Below, one piece after another: positions 37,811 through 47,773 of a stretch of 64,000 bases of DNA. A program made the position numbers and the translations under genes. Below the pieces are notes generated by a model, which did no database searches, had not been told where the DNA came from, and worked only from the letters and a program-made list of their open reading frames with translations. Source of the stretch: an uncultured Desulfospira sp. (GTDB lineage: Bacteria; Desulfobacterota; Desulfobacteria; Desulfobacterales; Desulfobacteraceae); contig OY760175.1 of NCBI GenBank assembly GCA_963663165.1, positions 960,001 through 1,024,000 on the forward strand, written 5' to 3'. Every line of letters begins with the position of its first letter. Positions within the stretch are counted from its first letter, which is position 1.

Positions 37811-38713
37811 CTAAGATTGAAATTTCAAAAGATCAATCGGTTGAGAGCTTATATACCCATCCAGCGCCTCGGGTCCAATGAGTGGAACACCTGAAAAAGG
37901 CAGGTTATAGAGCTCAATGCCGGGAAAAGGGCTGGTAAAAGGTTCATTGGTCCGGCTTTTTTCGTTAAGGACCAGCCCGGCCATGGCGATGTTCATCTCA
38001 TCGAGCAGGGCTATAATTCGCCTGGTCTCTTCAACCGACAGCAAATCCCGGTTAAATACCGCGAAAACCATGGATTTTGCAGTATCCTGAAAAAAGGTCT
38101 TAAGGTCCTGGTACATGGCCTTGTTTTCAATAAGCTTTCCCATAATTTTATCGCGTTCTAGCTCTTTGCCCGCAAATTTAATTTTGGAAACGATCTCTTT
38201 TCTCTTGTGAATGTCCTGCCTTAATTTTTCAAGCTGCTGTGTCCAGGTCAACGAAAGGGAAGGCAGGTTGAAAAAGCGCATGGACAATGCCGTGGGCGGC
38301 ATGTCAATAATCAGGCAATCACTGGCTTGATACTTTTTTTTCAAAGCAAGAAAGGCCGTTATCAGACCGTATTCTTCAAGGCCGGGGGAATATTTTAACA
38401 CATCAAAATAATGGTCGAGATTAAAGGCGGTCAGATAGGCAAAACTTTTTTTCACATGGGCGGCGGTCTGCTTCAGATATGCCTTGATTTCCCGGTCCCG
38501 GTCCACCTGAATCACCTCTAAAAACGGATTCACCCGGGTGGGTTTATGGGAAAAGTCTGCCTGAAAAATATCCCCCTGGTTGTGGGCATCGTCAAAGGAG
38601 GCCAAGACAACTTTTTTCTGCTGCCGGGCCAGCATCAGGGACAACACCGCAGACGTGGTGGATTTCCCGGTCCCGCCCTTGCCCAGAAAAAATATGGTTT
38701 TTAAATTGGTCAT
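37811..38713 (-). CDS. ArsA/Get3-family ATPase (single domain)
   Basis: GKGGTGKST, DDAHN, PGLEE, IIDMPPT. Confidence 0.9.
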   Translation of the reverse strand: MTNLKTIFFLGKGGTGKSTTSAVLSLMLARQQKKVVLASFDDAHNQGDIFQADFSHKPTRVNPFLEVIQVDRDREIKAYLKQTAAHVKKSFAYLTAFNLDHYFDVLKYSPGLEEYGLITAFLALKKKYQASDCLIIDMPPTALSMRFFNLPSLSLTWTQQLEKLRQDIHKRKEIVSKIKFAGKELERDKIMGKLIENKAMYQDLKTFFQDTAKSMVFAVFNRDLLSVEETRRIIALLDEMNIAMAGLVLNEKSRTNEPFTSPFPGIELYNLPFSGVPLIGPEALDGYISSQPIDLLKFQS

Positions 38714-38996
38714 CCTTACACGCTTTTAGCGCCTTGCGTTTCCAGTGTCAAAATAAATGTCGTTACAACGCAAAATTATGCGTCAGGTGATGCTCCCTTT
38801 ATCGGAACCCGACGTCAAATCCAGGGAAAGTTACTTGGGGTAACCTTGAAATAAGATTTGGTCTGCCTTATTGTTATTTCCTGTTGTCGAATCATTGTAA
38901 GCGGGGGAGATGGCGTTTCCCCTATATTGATATTTTCAGAGGATATTCACAAAACAATGAATACCCGACCCATAAAATAAGAAGGTAGCGGTGTTT

Positions 38997-40775
38997 ATGA
39001 AAGCTCAATCTGCATTTTTCCTTTTGGTCTTTGTATTGTTGTCCGCCACAGCGGCTCATGCCGGTAACGAAAGTTTAGACCCTCATGGGCCATCGGTTAA
39101 TTTCCCGCCCAGTTTTGAGAGCTATCATGATGCCGGGATCCAAGGGGTCGGGGCCGTCCTTAAACACCGTATCTCTCATACGCCGTTTAACCTGGTGGCC
39201 ACGCTCATTTTTCTGGCGGCCATTCTCCATACCTTTTTTAGCAGTAAATTCCTTTACTGGGCACATAAATGGAAAGCAGAACACCAAAAAGATATTGAAA
39301 CCGGGAAGGCTTCGGAAACCTCCACCCGGCTTGGTGCAGAAATTTTTCACTTTCTGGGTGAGGTTGAGGTCGTCTTCGGCCTCTGGGCAGTAGTGTTGAC
39401 GGCTGCCATTGTGTTTTTCTATGACTGGCACACTTTTGTCGGCTATATCAGCCGTGTGAATTATACGGAACCGATGTTTGTGGTGGTCATCATGGCACTG
39501 GCCTCCTCCCGCCCGATTTTATATCTGTCGGAAAAAATCATGAGCCGTGTTGCAGCGATTTTTAAAGGAACTCTGGCGGCCTGGTGGCTGACCATTATGA
39601 CCTTGGGGCCTCTTTTGGGCTCATTCATCACGGAACCGGCCGCAATGACCATTTCCGCCATGCTGCTGGCCCGCAAATTTTATGAACTCAAGCCGGGGGA
39701 CTCCCTTAAATACGCCACCATCGCCCTGCTCTTTGTCAATATTTCGGTGGGGGGAACCCTTACCCATTTTGCGGCCCCGCCGGTCCTTATGGTGGCCGCG
39801 CCCTGGGACTGGGACCTGCCTTTCATGCTCACCACCTTTGGCTGGAAGGCGGTTGCCGGCATTCTGATTTCCAACGCACTGGTTTTCATGGTGTTCAGAA
39901 AAGAAATTTCACGGCTTGAGCGCAAATTCAAGCTGTCCGTTCTCAAAAGTGAAATCAAAGAAAAATATATTCACAGCGATGCGCTTAAAAAAGACCTGAA
40001 AATGGCGCAGCAGCGGATCGGAGACGATCTGCACCAGGAATTTCAAAGGATTAAAGACCTGGCAAAAGAGTCTACCATGACCGTATGCGACATGGATGAC
40101 ACCGACTGCGGTTTGCTTGAAGAAACCTTTGAGCAGGAGTTTGAAGACCTCAAGATGCAGCACATGAGCGTTTCCGTGCCGGGCCTGCTGCCCCGGGACA
40201 AACGGCCTAAGCTCAACGATCCCAACTGGGACAACCGTTCCGGTGACGTCCCCGGCTGGATTATCGCCGTCCATGTGGCCTTTATGGTCTGGACCATTGC
40301 CAATGCACATTACCCGGCTATTTTTGTTTCCGGCATGCTCTTTTTTATCGGCTTTTCCCATGTGACCTGGCCGTTTCAGAATAATGTCAACTTAAAATCC
40401 CCCATGCTGGTGGGATTTTTTCTGGGGGGGCTGGTGATTCACGGCGGCCTCCAGGGATGGTGGATTGCGCCGATGCTTGGCAGCTTAGGAGAATTTCCCC
40501 TCATGCTCAGTGCCACCGTACTCACGGCATTCAACGACAATGCCGCCATCACCTATCTGAGTACCCTGGTGCCGGGCTTCACCGACAGCCTGAAATATGC
40601 GGTGGTGGCCGGTGCCGTTACCGGCGGCGGCCTTACCGTCATTGCCAATGCCCCGAACCCGGCCGGCCAGTCATTACTGAAATCCTATTTTTCCAACGGG
40701 ATCTCCCCCATACGCCTGCTCACCTATGCCCTTGTTCCAACGATCATTATGGCGCTTTGTTTTCTTTTGCTATAA
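38997..40775 (+). CDS. putative Na+/H+ antiporter (DUF1504-type)
   Basis: HFLGEVEVVFGLW, GSFITEPAAMT, NISVGGTLTHFAAPP, DNAAITYL, GGGLTVIANAPNPAG. Confidence 0.8.
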   Translation: MKAQSAFFLLVFVLLSATAAHAGNESLDPHGPSVNFPPSFESYHDAGIQGVGAVLKHRISHTPFNLVATLIFLAAILHTFFSSKFLYWAHKWKAEHQKDIETGKASETSTRLGAEIFHFLGEVEVVFGLWAVVLTAAIVFFYDWHTFVGYISRVNYTEPMFVVVIMALASSRPILYLSEKIMSRVAAIFKGTLAAWWLTIMTLGPLLGSFITEPAAMTISAMLLARKFYELKPGDSLKYATIALLFVNISVGGTLTHFAAPPVLMVAAPWDWDLPFMLTTFGWKAVAGILISNALVFMVFRKEISRLERKFKLSVLKSEIKEKYIHSDALKKDLKMAQQRIGDDLHQEFQRIKDLAKESTMTVCDMDDTDCGLLEETFEQEFEDLKMQHMSVSVPGLLPRDKRPKLNDPNWDNRSGDVPGWIIAVHVAFMVWTIANAHYPAIFVSGMLFFIGFSHVTWPFQNNVNLKSPMLVGFFLGGLVIHGGLQGWWIAPMLGSLGEFPLMLSATVLTAFNDNAAITYLSTLVPGFTDSLKYAVVAGAVTGGGLTVIANAPNPAGQSLLKSYFSNGISPIRLLTYALVPTIIMALCFLLL

Positions 40776-40824
40776 GGCTGATGCCTAAAAGCCAACAGCT
40801 GACGGCTAATAGCTAACAGCTAAT

Positions 40825-41121
40825 CTACGATACATCAAAAACTGAAAACAGCCGAGACAAGGGCTCATTGGCGGTGGTGATGCGATCGAGCATCAGGGTT
40901 AAGTCTTTTTCCATAAGGGGCAACAGGTCCATGCTGATGTGGGCCGGCACACAGGGCAGACCAATAAAGGAGCCCTGGCAGAGAATGGCAAACACGTATT
41001 CCAATTCCTCAAGCTCTTCTTCAACGACTTCAACGGCCTTGTTTCTGGCGACTTCATCGGCCGTACGCCATAAAGAAGCAATTCGGGATGTGATGGCCCT
41101 AAAGGGTGTTAGCCAGTTCAT
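40825..41121 (-). CDS. small CstA-associated protein
   Basis: ELEELEYVFAIL..GSFIGLP..P...SMDLLP; last gene of the cstA operon. Confidence 0.6.
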   Translation of the reverse strand: MNWLTPFRAITSRIASLWRTADEVARNKAVEVVEEELEELEYVFAILCQGSFIGLPCVPAHISMDLLPLMEKDLTLMLDRITTANEPLSRLFSVFDVS

Positions 41122-41549
41122 TTTACCCGGAACACCTTCCGGTCAAAATCAATCCGGTATGAAGAGGGGAAATAATAATAAAGGCTGTAAAGGGCTATTA
41201 ACACCACGGCCCCGGCATAAAACCTGGGGAAGCTGAAAAACACGGCCACAAAGGCGAGGTACAGGGTGGTCTGGGACACCCAGAGCAGCCTCTTTTGAAA
41301 GGCCATAAACCGGACTTCTTCCACCTGGGTTTCATGCCGGTGGGCATGGGCAAACAGGGTCCGGATAAATATGGGCCCGGCAATCCCCGTACAGGCCGCT
41401 AAAACGAACACCATGGCGTGACAGAAAGACGGCAGGGCAAACTGCCCCGGCAAAAAGAAACCCGCCTGACCTGCCAGGGCGAAAAGAACAAACAAGCCCA
41501 AGGCCGGGCCAATCAACATAAAATATTGTCGTTTTAATTGAATCTGCAT
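41118..41549 (-). CDS. hypothetical membrane protein
   Basis: 4 hydrophobic segments; ATGA overlap with the next gene. Confidence 0.65.
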   Translation of the reverse strand: MQIQLKRQYFMLIGPALGLFVLFALAGQAGFFLPGQFALPSFCHAMVFVLAACTGIAGPIFIRTLFAHAHRHETQVEEVRFMAFQKRLLWVSQTTLYLAFVAVFFSFPRFYAGAVVLIALYSLYYYFPSSYRIDFDRKVFRVK

Positions 41550-41611
41550 GGGCTGCCCTAAATAAGGTTGAGGGGCCGGCCGAAAAGGAATTCCCTTTCC
41601 GGCCGGCCCGT

Positions 41612-41655
41612 TTTCTCACTTTCTCACTTTCTCACTTTCTCACCTGCTCACTTTC
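41612..41655 (+). repeat. octamer tandem repeat (TTTCTCAC)x4-5 next to a GC hairpin
   Basis: read directly, downstream of the cstA stop. Confidence 0.85.
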
Positions 41656-41664
41656 AACGCCTTC

Positions 41665-43410
41665 TCAAACTTCAGCCCCGCTACCCTCAGCCTGATCATC
41701 GGAAGATCCCATGCTCATGAACTTGAGAACCCCTTCGATCACAATCCAGACGGCCAGGGCCAGGATAATCCCGTTTACGACCGTGAGCAGCATATTGTGG
41801 CTGGCACCAAATGTGGTCTGATTCAGTATCAAGGCCCAGATGGTCAAAAACATCATCAAAACAGCCGGGATGCCGGCAATCATCCATTTTATACCCCCTT
41901 TGGTTTTCAAATAAAGGGTAATGATGATCAGGGCAAGGCCTGCCAGGGTCTGGTTAACGGCACCAAATAACGGCCACAGTTTCATGGCGCCGTTTCCGCC
42001 GGCTCCGGTGGCAAAGGCAAGGAGCAGGGCCGTGGCAACCGCAATAAAGGTGGCCGTGTATTTTCCGGTTAAAAAATCCATTTTAAAGCCGGCAAAGAGC
42101 TCGGCAACAATGTACCGCTGGATCCGGGTGGCCGTATCCAGGGTGGTCCCGGCAAAAGAGGCCACAAACACGCCCATGACCACAACGCCAAGCTCAACCG
42201 GAACCCCAATAGAGGCGATCATATTAGCGGATCCGTTTACAAAGGCGGCCAGTTTGGAGCCCAGGCCCGCCGCAGCCGCCCAGGAAGAATAATGGGTGGT
42301 CCAGGCGGCAACCCCGGTCAGGGTTTCCCCGGATTTGGTCACATACCCCATACCAATACCGGCAGAGACGGCAATAATCACCAGGGTGGCCAAAGCACCT
42401 TCCATCAGCATGGAACCATACCCCACAAACAGCGAATCCGTTTCATACCGGACCTGTTTGGCCGAAGTTCCCGAAGATACCAGGGAGTGGAACCCGGAAA
42501 TGGCCCCGCAGGCAATGGTGATAAACAGAAACGGCCACATGGGGGGGGCCTTTTCAGGGGTGAGCTGAACCGCCGGGGCGACAATTTCAAGGTGACCGCC
42601 GAATGCCGATGCGATAACCCCCATGATCAGAAGGGCCATGGCGATCAGCAGCTGGTGGGAATTAATGAAATCCCGGGGCTGAAGAAGGGTGGTCACCGGT
42701 AAGGTAGATGCGATAAACGCGTAAATCAACAGGATGATGGACCATACCCCCGTGGCCGGGATTCCGGCAATTGCAGGCATTTTAATGGGACACAGCATCC
42801 CTAAATAAACGGTAACATACATGACCACAACCGCCACAATAGACCAGGTCATAACGCTTTTGCCCTGCTTGTAAACGGCATAGCCAAGCCAGACGGCAAT
42901 GGGGATTTCCAACCATACCGGCAATACGGAAGCCGGGTAAAATGCAAAGACCAGGGCAATCACCAGGCCGAATACGGCGATGACGATCCACAACTCTAAG
43001 AATACAATCAGAAAAAAGAAAAACCGGGTCCGGCTGTTAACGTATTTAGACGTATAATCAGCAATGGATTTTCCCTGGTTTCTCATGGAAATGATCAGGG
43101 CGCCGAAATCGTGAACCGCCCCCATGAAAATACTGCCGAAAAAAACCCAGATCAGAGCCGGAACCCATCCCCAGATGATGGCGACCGCCGGGCCGACAAT
43201 GGGGCCGGTTCCGGCAATAGACGTAAAATGATGGCCGAAAATCACCTCTTTTTTGGTGGGCACATAGTCCACACCGTCTTCAAGGGACACCGAAGGGGTA
43301 ACCGATTCCTGGGTTAACTTAAACACCTTTTGCCCGATAAATCTGCCATACAGGTTATACATCAGAATATAGCCGATAAAGGCAACAACCATAATCAATA
43401 ACGCACTCAT
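41665..43410 (-). CDS. cstA: carbon starvation protein A family transporter
   Basis: DGVDYVPT, FGHHFTSIAGTGPIVGP, LLQPRD, IACGAISGFH, TTLDTATR, WPLFGAVNQ. Confidence 0.97.
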   Translation of the reverse strand: MSALLIMVVAFIGYILMYNLYGRFIGQKVFKLTQESVTPSVSLEDGVDYVPTKKEVIFGHHFTSIAGTGPIVGPAVAIIWGWVPALIWVFFGSIFMGAVHDFGALIISMRNQGKSIADYTSKYVNSRTRFFFFLIVFLELWIVIAVFGLVIALVFAFYPASVLPVWLEIPIAVWLGYAVYKQGKSVMTWSIVAVVVMYVTVYLGMLCPIKMPAIAGIPATGVWSIILLIYAFIASTLPVTTLLQPRDFINSHQLLIAMALLIMGVIASAFGGHLEIVAPAVQLTPEKAPPMWPFLFITIACGAISGFHSLVSSGTSAKQVRYETDSLFVGYGSMLMEGALATLVIIAVSAGIGMGYVTKSGETLTGVAAWTTHYSSWAAAAGLGSKLAAFVNGSANMIASIGVPVELGVVVMGVFVASFAGTTLDTATRIQRYIVAELFAGFKMDFLTGKYTATFIAVATALLLAFATGAGGNGAMKLWPLFGAVNQTLAGLALIIITLYLKTKGGIKWMIAGIPAVLMMFLTIWALILNQTTFGASHNMLLTVVNGIILALAVWIVIEGVLKFMSMGSSDDQAEGSGAEV

Positions 43411-43604
43411 TTTTCAACTCTCCTTTAAATTAGTGGTTCCGATAATAATAACGCGTCGGTACCGGTCGTCGCCCGGCACTCTGGCGGCTGATGAAAAAAC
43501 CCAATTAATCAACACATTTCCCGCCTAATCTTATACCGCATTAAATCCTAACCTTCAACAAACAAACCGCATCTGCCGTGGGTTACCATCGCCAAAGACA
43601 GGAC

Positions 43605-43621
43605 AGCAAAATAGATGCCAA
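43605..43621 (-). promoter_or_regulatory. sigma54 promoter of cstA
   Basis: minus strand TTGGCATCTATTTTGCT. Confidence 0.7.
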
Positions 43622-43812
43622 AGGTACAATCAGAAAACATACCATAATTTAAATTAGTTAGAAACAAACTGACAGGGGCGGCCCATCCCAAAACCGCAAA
43701 ATCGCAACCCATCGCTTCAAAAACGCCACAGTCGAGGGATAGACTTTAGATTTGGGGGTTGGGTTTGGTGAAGTTTTAGCAAGCTCACAGTCTAAAATCT
43801 AAGGTCTAATCC

Positions 43813-44802
43813 CTACTCAATCTTCTTGCCGCCTGCCAGGTCAATCGAATCGATAATCCACTGTCCCACCGCCCTTTTTCCGGCGGAACCGATCTGTTTG
43901 CGAACCAGCTTCATATCAAGCTCCGCCCGGGCCATGGTTTTATGCCCCCCGGCGGACCCATAGGCGGCAAAAGCCTCTTTGGCCGTATTGCCGGCCCCTT
44001 TTCTTAAGCCGTCATTTCTGATGACAATGATGAGTTTTTTCTCGTAAACCCCTGACACCACGCTCCAGTTCACCTTGGCAATACTTAAAAAGAAATCTGC
44101 CGTGATTACCAGTTCGTCAGGGTATGCAATGGTGCCGGCATGAAAAAACGCCCGGTTGTTGATGATTTGCCGGTATTTAATGGCCATTCCGAGAAAATCC
44201 AGGTCCTTTTGGCTCATCAGTGCCCGTTCCACCTTGGTCACAATATTCATGTCGGCAAATTTATACAGATATTGGAACGCCCGGATATCCCGGATGCCGG
44301 CCTGGCGCGTAAAGCCCGCCGTATCGGTCTTGATGCCGAGCATCATGGCTGCGGCAAGTTTTGGCGAGGGCTTGATCTGGCGTGATTTTAAATATTCGGT
44401 CATGAGCGTGGAACAGGCCCCGTAATCCGATCGGATATCCATATATGCGGCCTGATCCCCTGTCACGGGATGGTGGTCGATAATCACCTGAAACTCAAAC
44501 CCTTGAAAACTCTCATTATGGCTGGGCTGGGAATCCACGATCACAAAGGTATTAAAATCCTCCCGGTTCACCTGGTCCAGCTTTTTCATGCCCGGTTCCG
44601 TTAAATCAATCATGGTCAGGTTGTCCGGCCGGGTGATGGGATTAAAATAGACAATCATGGTTTCGCTCACCTTGCGCCACAAGAGCCGTTTAATGGCCAT
44701 GGCACAGGCAATGGCATCCGGATCCGCATTAATCACCACAAGGACCCTGGAATTCTTACTGAACAGTTGAAAAAACGTTTTGAGTTTTTCTCTTAAACTC
44801 AT
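43813..44802 (-). CDS. DHH/DHHA1 family phosphoesterase
   Basis: DPDA, VDS, IDHHP, GIKTDT, AGGH. Confidence 0.9.
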   Translation of the reverse strand: MSLREKLKTFFQLFSKNSRVLVVINADPDAIACAMAIKRLLWRKVSETMIVYFNPITRPDNLTMIDLTEPGMKKLDQVNREDFNTFVIVDSQPSHNESFQGFEFQVIIDHHPVTGDQAAYMDIRSDYGACSTLMTEYLKSRQIKPSPKLAAAMMLGIKTDTAGFTRQAGIRDIRAFQYLYKFADMNIVTKVERALMSQKDLDFLGMAIKYRQIINNRAFFHAGTIAYPDELVITADFFLSIAKVNWSVVSGVYEKKLIIVIRNDGLRKGAGNTAKEAFAAYGSAGGHKTMARAELDMKLVRKQIGSAGKRAVGQWIIDSIDLAGGKKIE

Positions 44803-44817
44803 GGGGCCTCCCGGGTC

Positions 44818-45912
44818 TTAAATATTCCTTTGGTTTCTGGAAAAAAACAGGGTCAGGGTAATAAACGCATATCCGGCCATGGCAGGGATGACCGCCTGGC
44901 TGTAAAAAACGGCCAAAGGGGCCAGGACCACTGCGGTCAGCCAGTGAACGGCAATCACCGTAAAAGAATGCAGCTTGATGGGAAAATCCTTGAACCGGCA
45001 GATCACGGACAGGCCGCATAAGTTCCACCCGTAAAGGGAGGCAAACACATGCATGTGGAGCAGCCATTTGGTTTTTTCAGGATCATAACCATCGGCCATC
45101 TGAAGAAAAATATAGGCGATCCCGGTAATGGCCGTAAAAATCAAAAACCCGATGCCTGAGGTTAAAAATAATTTTTGCTGCATGCGTTGGGCATACCGGT
45201 AATAAAGGATAAACACCGTAACCACGGCCAGAAAAAGAGCCAGTGTCACAAAAATCTGCCAGATAAATTTTTCAAACAGGATAAACACAAAAAAAATGAT
45301 TACCCCAAGGTTAATGGTCCAAAAGCAAATTTCCATCAGTTTTTTCATTTCATTTTTTTCCAGGTCCGACAACATGGAAAACACCACCGACAGGGTGATC
45401 AGGGACAAAGGAAAAGAAAACCCCAAAAAAAAGGTATCTAGAATCAATTTTTCCATGTGGACCCATTGCCCGTATTCATTGTTCAAAATGACCAGCCCGG
45501 CTATGATCAGGCCAATGGAAAGACAGAGCAGTGAGGCCTGGTGAAACTTTTCTGAAACAGGCTCTGCGGGCTTAAAAAAACCTGTGGGGAACAGGGAAAA
45601 CCTATTTATCCGGACTTTTTCCACCAGTATAAACAGAAAAACCGTAACCATCAAGGTTAAGGGATAAACCTTGAAAAAAGCGGAAAAGGCATATACCAGG
45701 GAACCGAAAAAAAACCATTGCACGGTTCCGGAAAACCGGGTCTGGCCCTGGGTGTAATACAGCAGGATGGTGCCGCCGGTACAAAGGTTAAACAAAAAAA
45801 TATGAAGCCGTTCAAAATTAAAATGGTCCCCGGGAAAATAAATTTCAACAAACCCGAAAAAAAGGGCAATGACCATTAAAAAAGAAAACAGCAATTTGAG
45901 TTTAGTGTTCAT
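44818..45912 (-). CDS. hypothetical polytopic membrane protein
   Basis: many hydrophobic helices; FERLHIFLFNL, H.F..LYGW. Confidence 0.75.
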   Translation of the reverse strand: MNTKLKLLFSFLMVIALFFGFVEIYFPGDHFNFERLHIFLFNLCTGGTILLYYTQGQTRFSGTVQWFFFGSLVYAFSAFFKVYPLTLMVTVFLFILVEKVRINRFSLFPTGFFKPAEPVSEKFHQASLLCLSIGLIIAGLVILNNEYGQWVHMEKLILDTFFLGFSFPLSLITLSVVFSMLSDLEKNEMKKLMEICFWTINLGVIIFFVFILFEKFIWQIFVTLALFLAVVTVFILYYRYAQRMQQKLFLTSGIGFLIFTAITGIAYIFLQMADGYDPEKTKWLLHMHVFASLYGWNLCGLSVICRFKDFPIKLHSFTVIAVHWLTAVVLAPLAVFYSQAVIPAMAGYAFITLTLFFSRNQRNI

Positions 45913-45921
45913 AGCAGGTTC

Positions 45922-47343
45922 TTATCTTCCGGTTTCCGGTCTTTCGGTTCCCTGTCTTTCTTCTCCTGTCTCCATACCAAGCATGTCTCTTAAAGCTGTC
46001 TCAAGTGTCTCATGCTGGAACATAAAACCGGACGCCGTTAATTTCTGAGGCAGAACCCGGGCACTGGCCAGGAGGGTTTCTGTGGCCATTTGGCCCCACA
46101 ACAGGCGGGCCATGGCCGCGGGCAGGGTAAACCGCACCTTTTTTTTAAAAACCCGGGCAAGGGTATGAGAAAATTCTTTATTGGTCACCGGGTGGGGAGC
46201 GGTAAAATTGACCGGTCCCTCAAGGCCTTGGTTGTCCATACAATAAAGGATGCCTGACACCATGTCCGCCATGCTGATCCAGCTCATGTACTGCCGGCCG
46301 TGGCCGATGACAACCCCTACCCCCATCTTAAAAGGTGTGGCCATTCTTTGAAGGGCCCCGCCCGCCGGGGTCAGCACCACGCCGGTTCTCAAGTTCACGG
46401 TCCTGATACCGGCAACGGCTGCCCCGCGTGAGGCATCTTCCCAGTCAATACAGACTTTTGAAATAAAACTATTGCCTTTAGGGGTGTCCTCGGTAAGTGC
46501 CTGGTCTGCCCTATCCCCGTAATACCCAATGGCCGAAGCACTGATAAAAACTTCAGGCTTGTGGTCAAGCCGGCTGATGGTGTCGGAAAGCAGCCGGGTG
46601 GACAGGATTCTTGAATCCAGAATCTTCTTTTTTTGTGCCCGGGTCCACCGTCCCCGCGAAATATCAACCCCGTTTAAATTGATCACCACATCAATGGGCC
46701 CTGCCCCATTGATATCAAGGATTTGGCGGGCAGGATCCCAGTAGATTTCATCCGATGCCCGATGGTCTTTTTTTCGAACCAGCCGGATGACCTCATGGCC
46801 GCAGGTTTGTAGAAAAGGGACCAGGGCGCTGCCAATTGTCCCGCTGGCGCCTGAAATCAAAATCCGTTTGGGCGCACTGGGGGGGTCAAAACGTTCAAGG
46901 TCTGTTTTCAGGACCCTGTGCCGATAAGAAAACATACGCGTCAACTCCTTTCGGGCAAACCCGTAAAAAGGCCGGCCCAACAAGCCAAAGGGAAGTTTAA
47001 ATTCAATTTCATCCGTCATCCGGGTTGAACCGTCCAGTTCAGGGGAAAACCGATGGGTATGCTGCCAGAAGGCAAAAGGGCCTTTGATCTGCCGGTCCCT
47101 GAACAGCCGGTTGGGTTCATGGTCGATATGTTCGGCTTCCCAGGCCATGGAAAATCCGAACACCCTGATTTTAAAGACAACCCTTACCCCCTTGTCAATG
47201 CCGATGCCTTTCCTGGATATCAGTTTTAGCGGGGCCCAGGGAGGGGTCAGCCTTAAAATGGCACCTTTTTGGGCATGCCAGGAAAAGACCCGGTCAACGG
47301 GTGCCTTGATCAGGGTTTGTTTTATATAAGTGTCAGGTTTCAT
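45922..47343 (-). CDS. SRPBCC domain fused to TIGR01777 (YfcH-like) NAD-dependent epimerase
   Basis: RLTPPW...GPF..W.HTH.F; ISGASGTIG, SASAIGYYG, GPVN.TAP.PV. Confidence 0.9.
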   Translation of the reverse strand: MKPDTYIKQTLIKAPVDRVFSWHAQKGAILRLTPPWAPLKLISRKGIGIDKGVRVVFKIRVFGFSMAWEAEHIDHEPNRLFRDRQIKGPFAFWQHTHRFSPELDGSTRMTDEIEFKLPFGLLGRPFYGFARKELTRMFSYRHRVLKTDLERFDPPSAPKRILISGASGTIGSALVPFLQTCGHEVIRLVRKKDHRASDEIYWDPARQILDINGAGPIDVVINLNGVDISRGRWTRAQKKKILDSRILSTRLLSDTISRLDHKPEVFISASAIGYYGDRADQALTEDTPKGNSFISKVCIDWEDASRGAAVAGIRTVNLRTGVVLTPAGGALQRMATPFKMGVGVVIGHGRQYMSWISMADMVSGILYCMDNQGLEGPVNFTAPHPVTNKEFSHTLARVFKKKVRFTLPAAMARLLWGQMATETLLASARVLPQKLTASGFMFQHETLETALRDMLGMETGEERQGTERPETGR

Positions 47344-47458
47344 TCTTCACAAATGAAATAAATACGGTCATTGATTTTGGGCATCTTATACTATAAACTC
47401 ATCCAGGTAAACGTGATTTTGGGTGGCCATATTTTAAAATAAGATTTCATAAAGGCAA

Positions 47459-47474
47459 AGGCACGCTACTTGCA
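47459..47474 (+). promoter_or_regulatory. sigma54 promoter of the rubredoxin-flavodiiron operon
   Basis: AGGCACGCTACTTGCA = GG-N10-GC. Confidence 0.65.
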
Positions 47475-47565
47475 TTATGTTAGCTACAGCAGCTTAATTG
47501 CTGTTGGCAATGTGTGCCATAACAATTTAAGTAACATCTATTAATTATTTAATTTGGAGGAACCC

Positions 47566-47724
47566 ATGGAAAAATATGAATGCGTTTGTGGTTATGTTTA
47601 CGATCCTGAAGCCGGAGACCCTGACAACGGTGTTAATCCCGGAACCGCTTTTGAAGACCTCCCCGAAGAGTGGGTCTGCCCCCTTTGCGGTGCGAGCCAA
47701 GACAATTTCACAAAGCTGGACTAA
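47566..47724 (+). CDS. rub: rubredoxin (52 aa, not in ORF track)
   Basis: [60 protein letters not shown]. Confidence 0.95.
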   Translation: MEKYECVCGYVYDPEAGDPDNGVNPGTAFEDLPEEWVCPLCGASQDNFTKLD

Positions 47725-47773
47725 GCAGGGCATAGCCCCATAACCCCTACCCTAAAAAGGGAGACCCATTTAC

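Noticed and set aside
37811..38713. arsenical pump ATPase arsA
   Set aside because: Single domain, no ars operon context; linkage is to cstA
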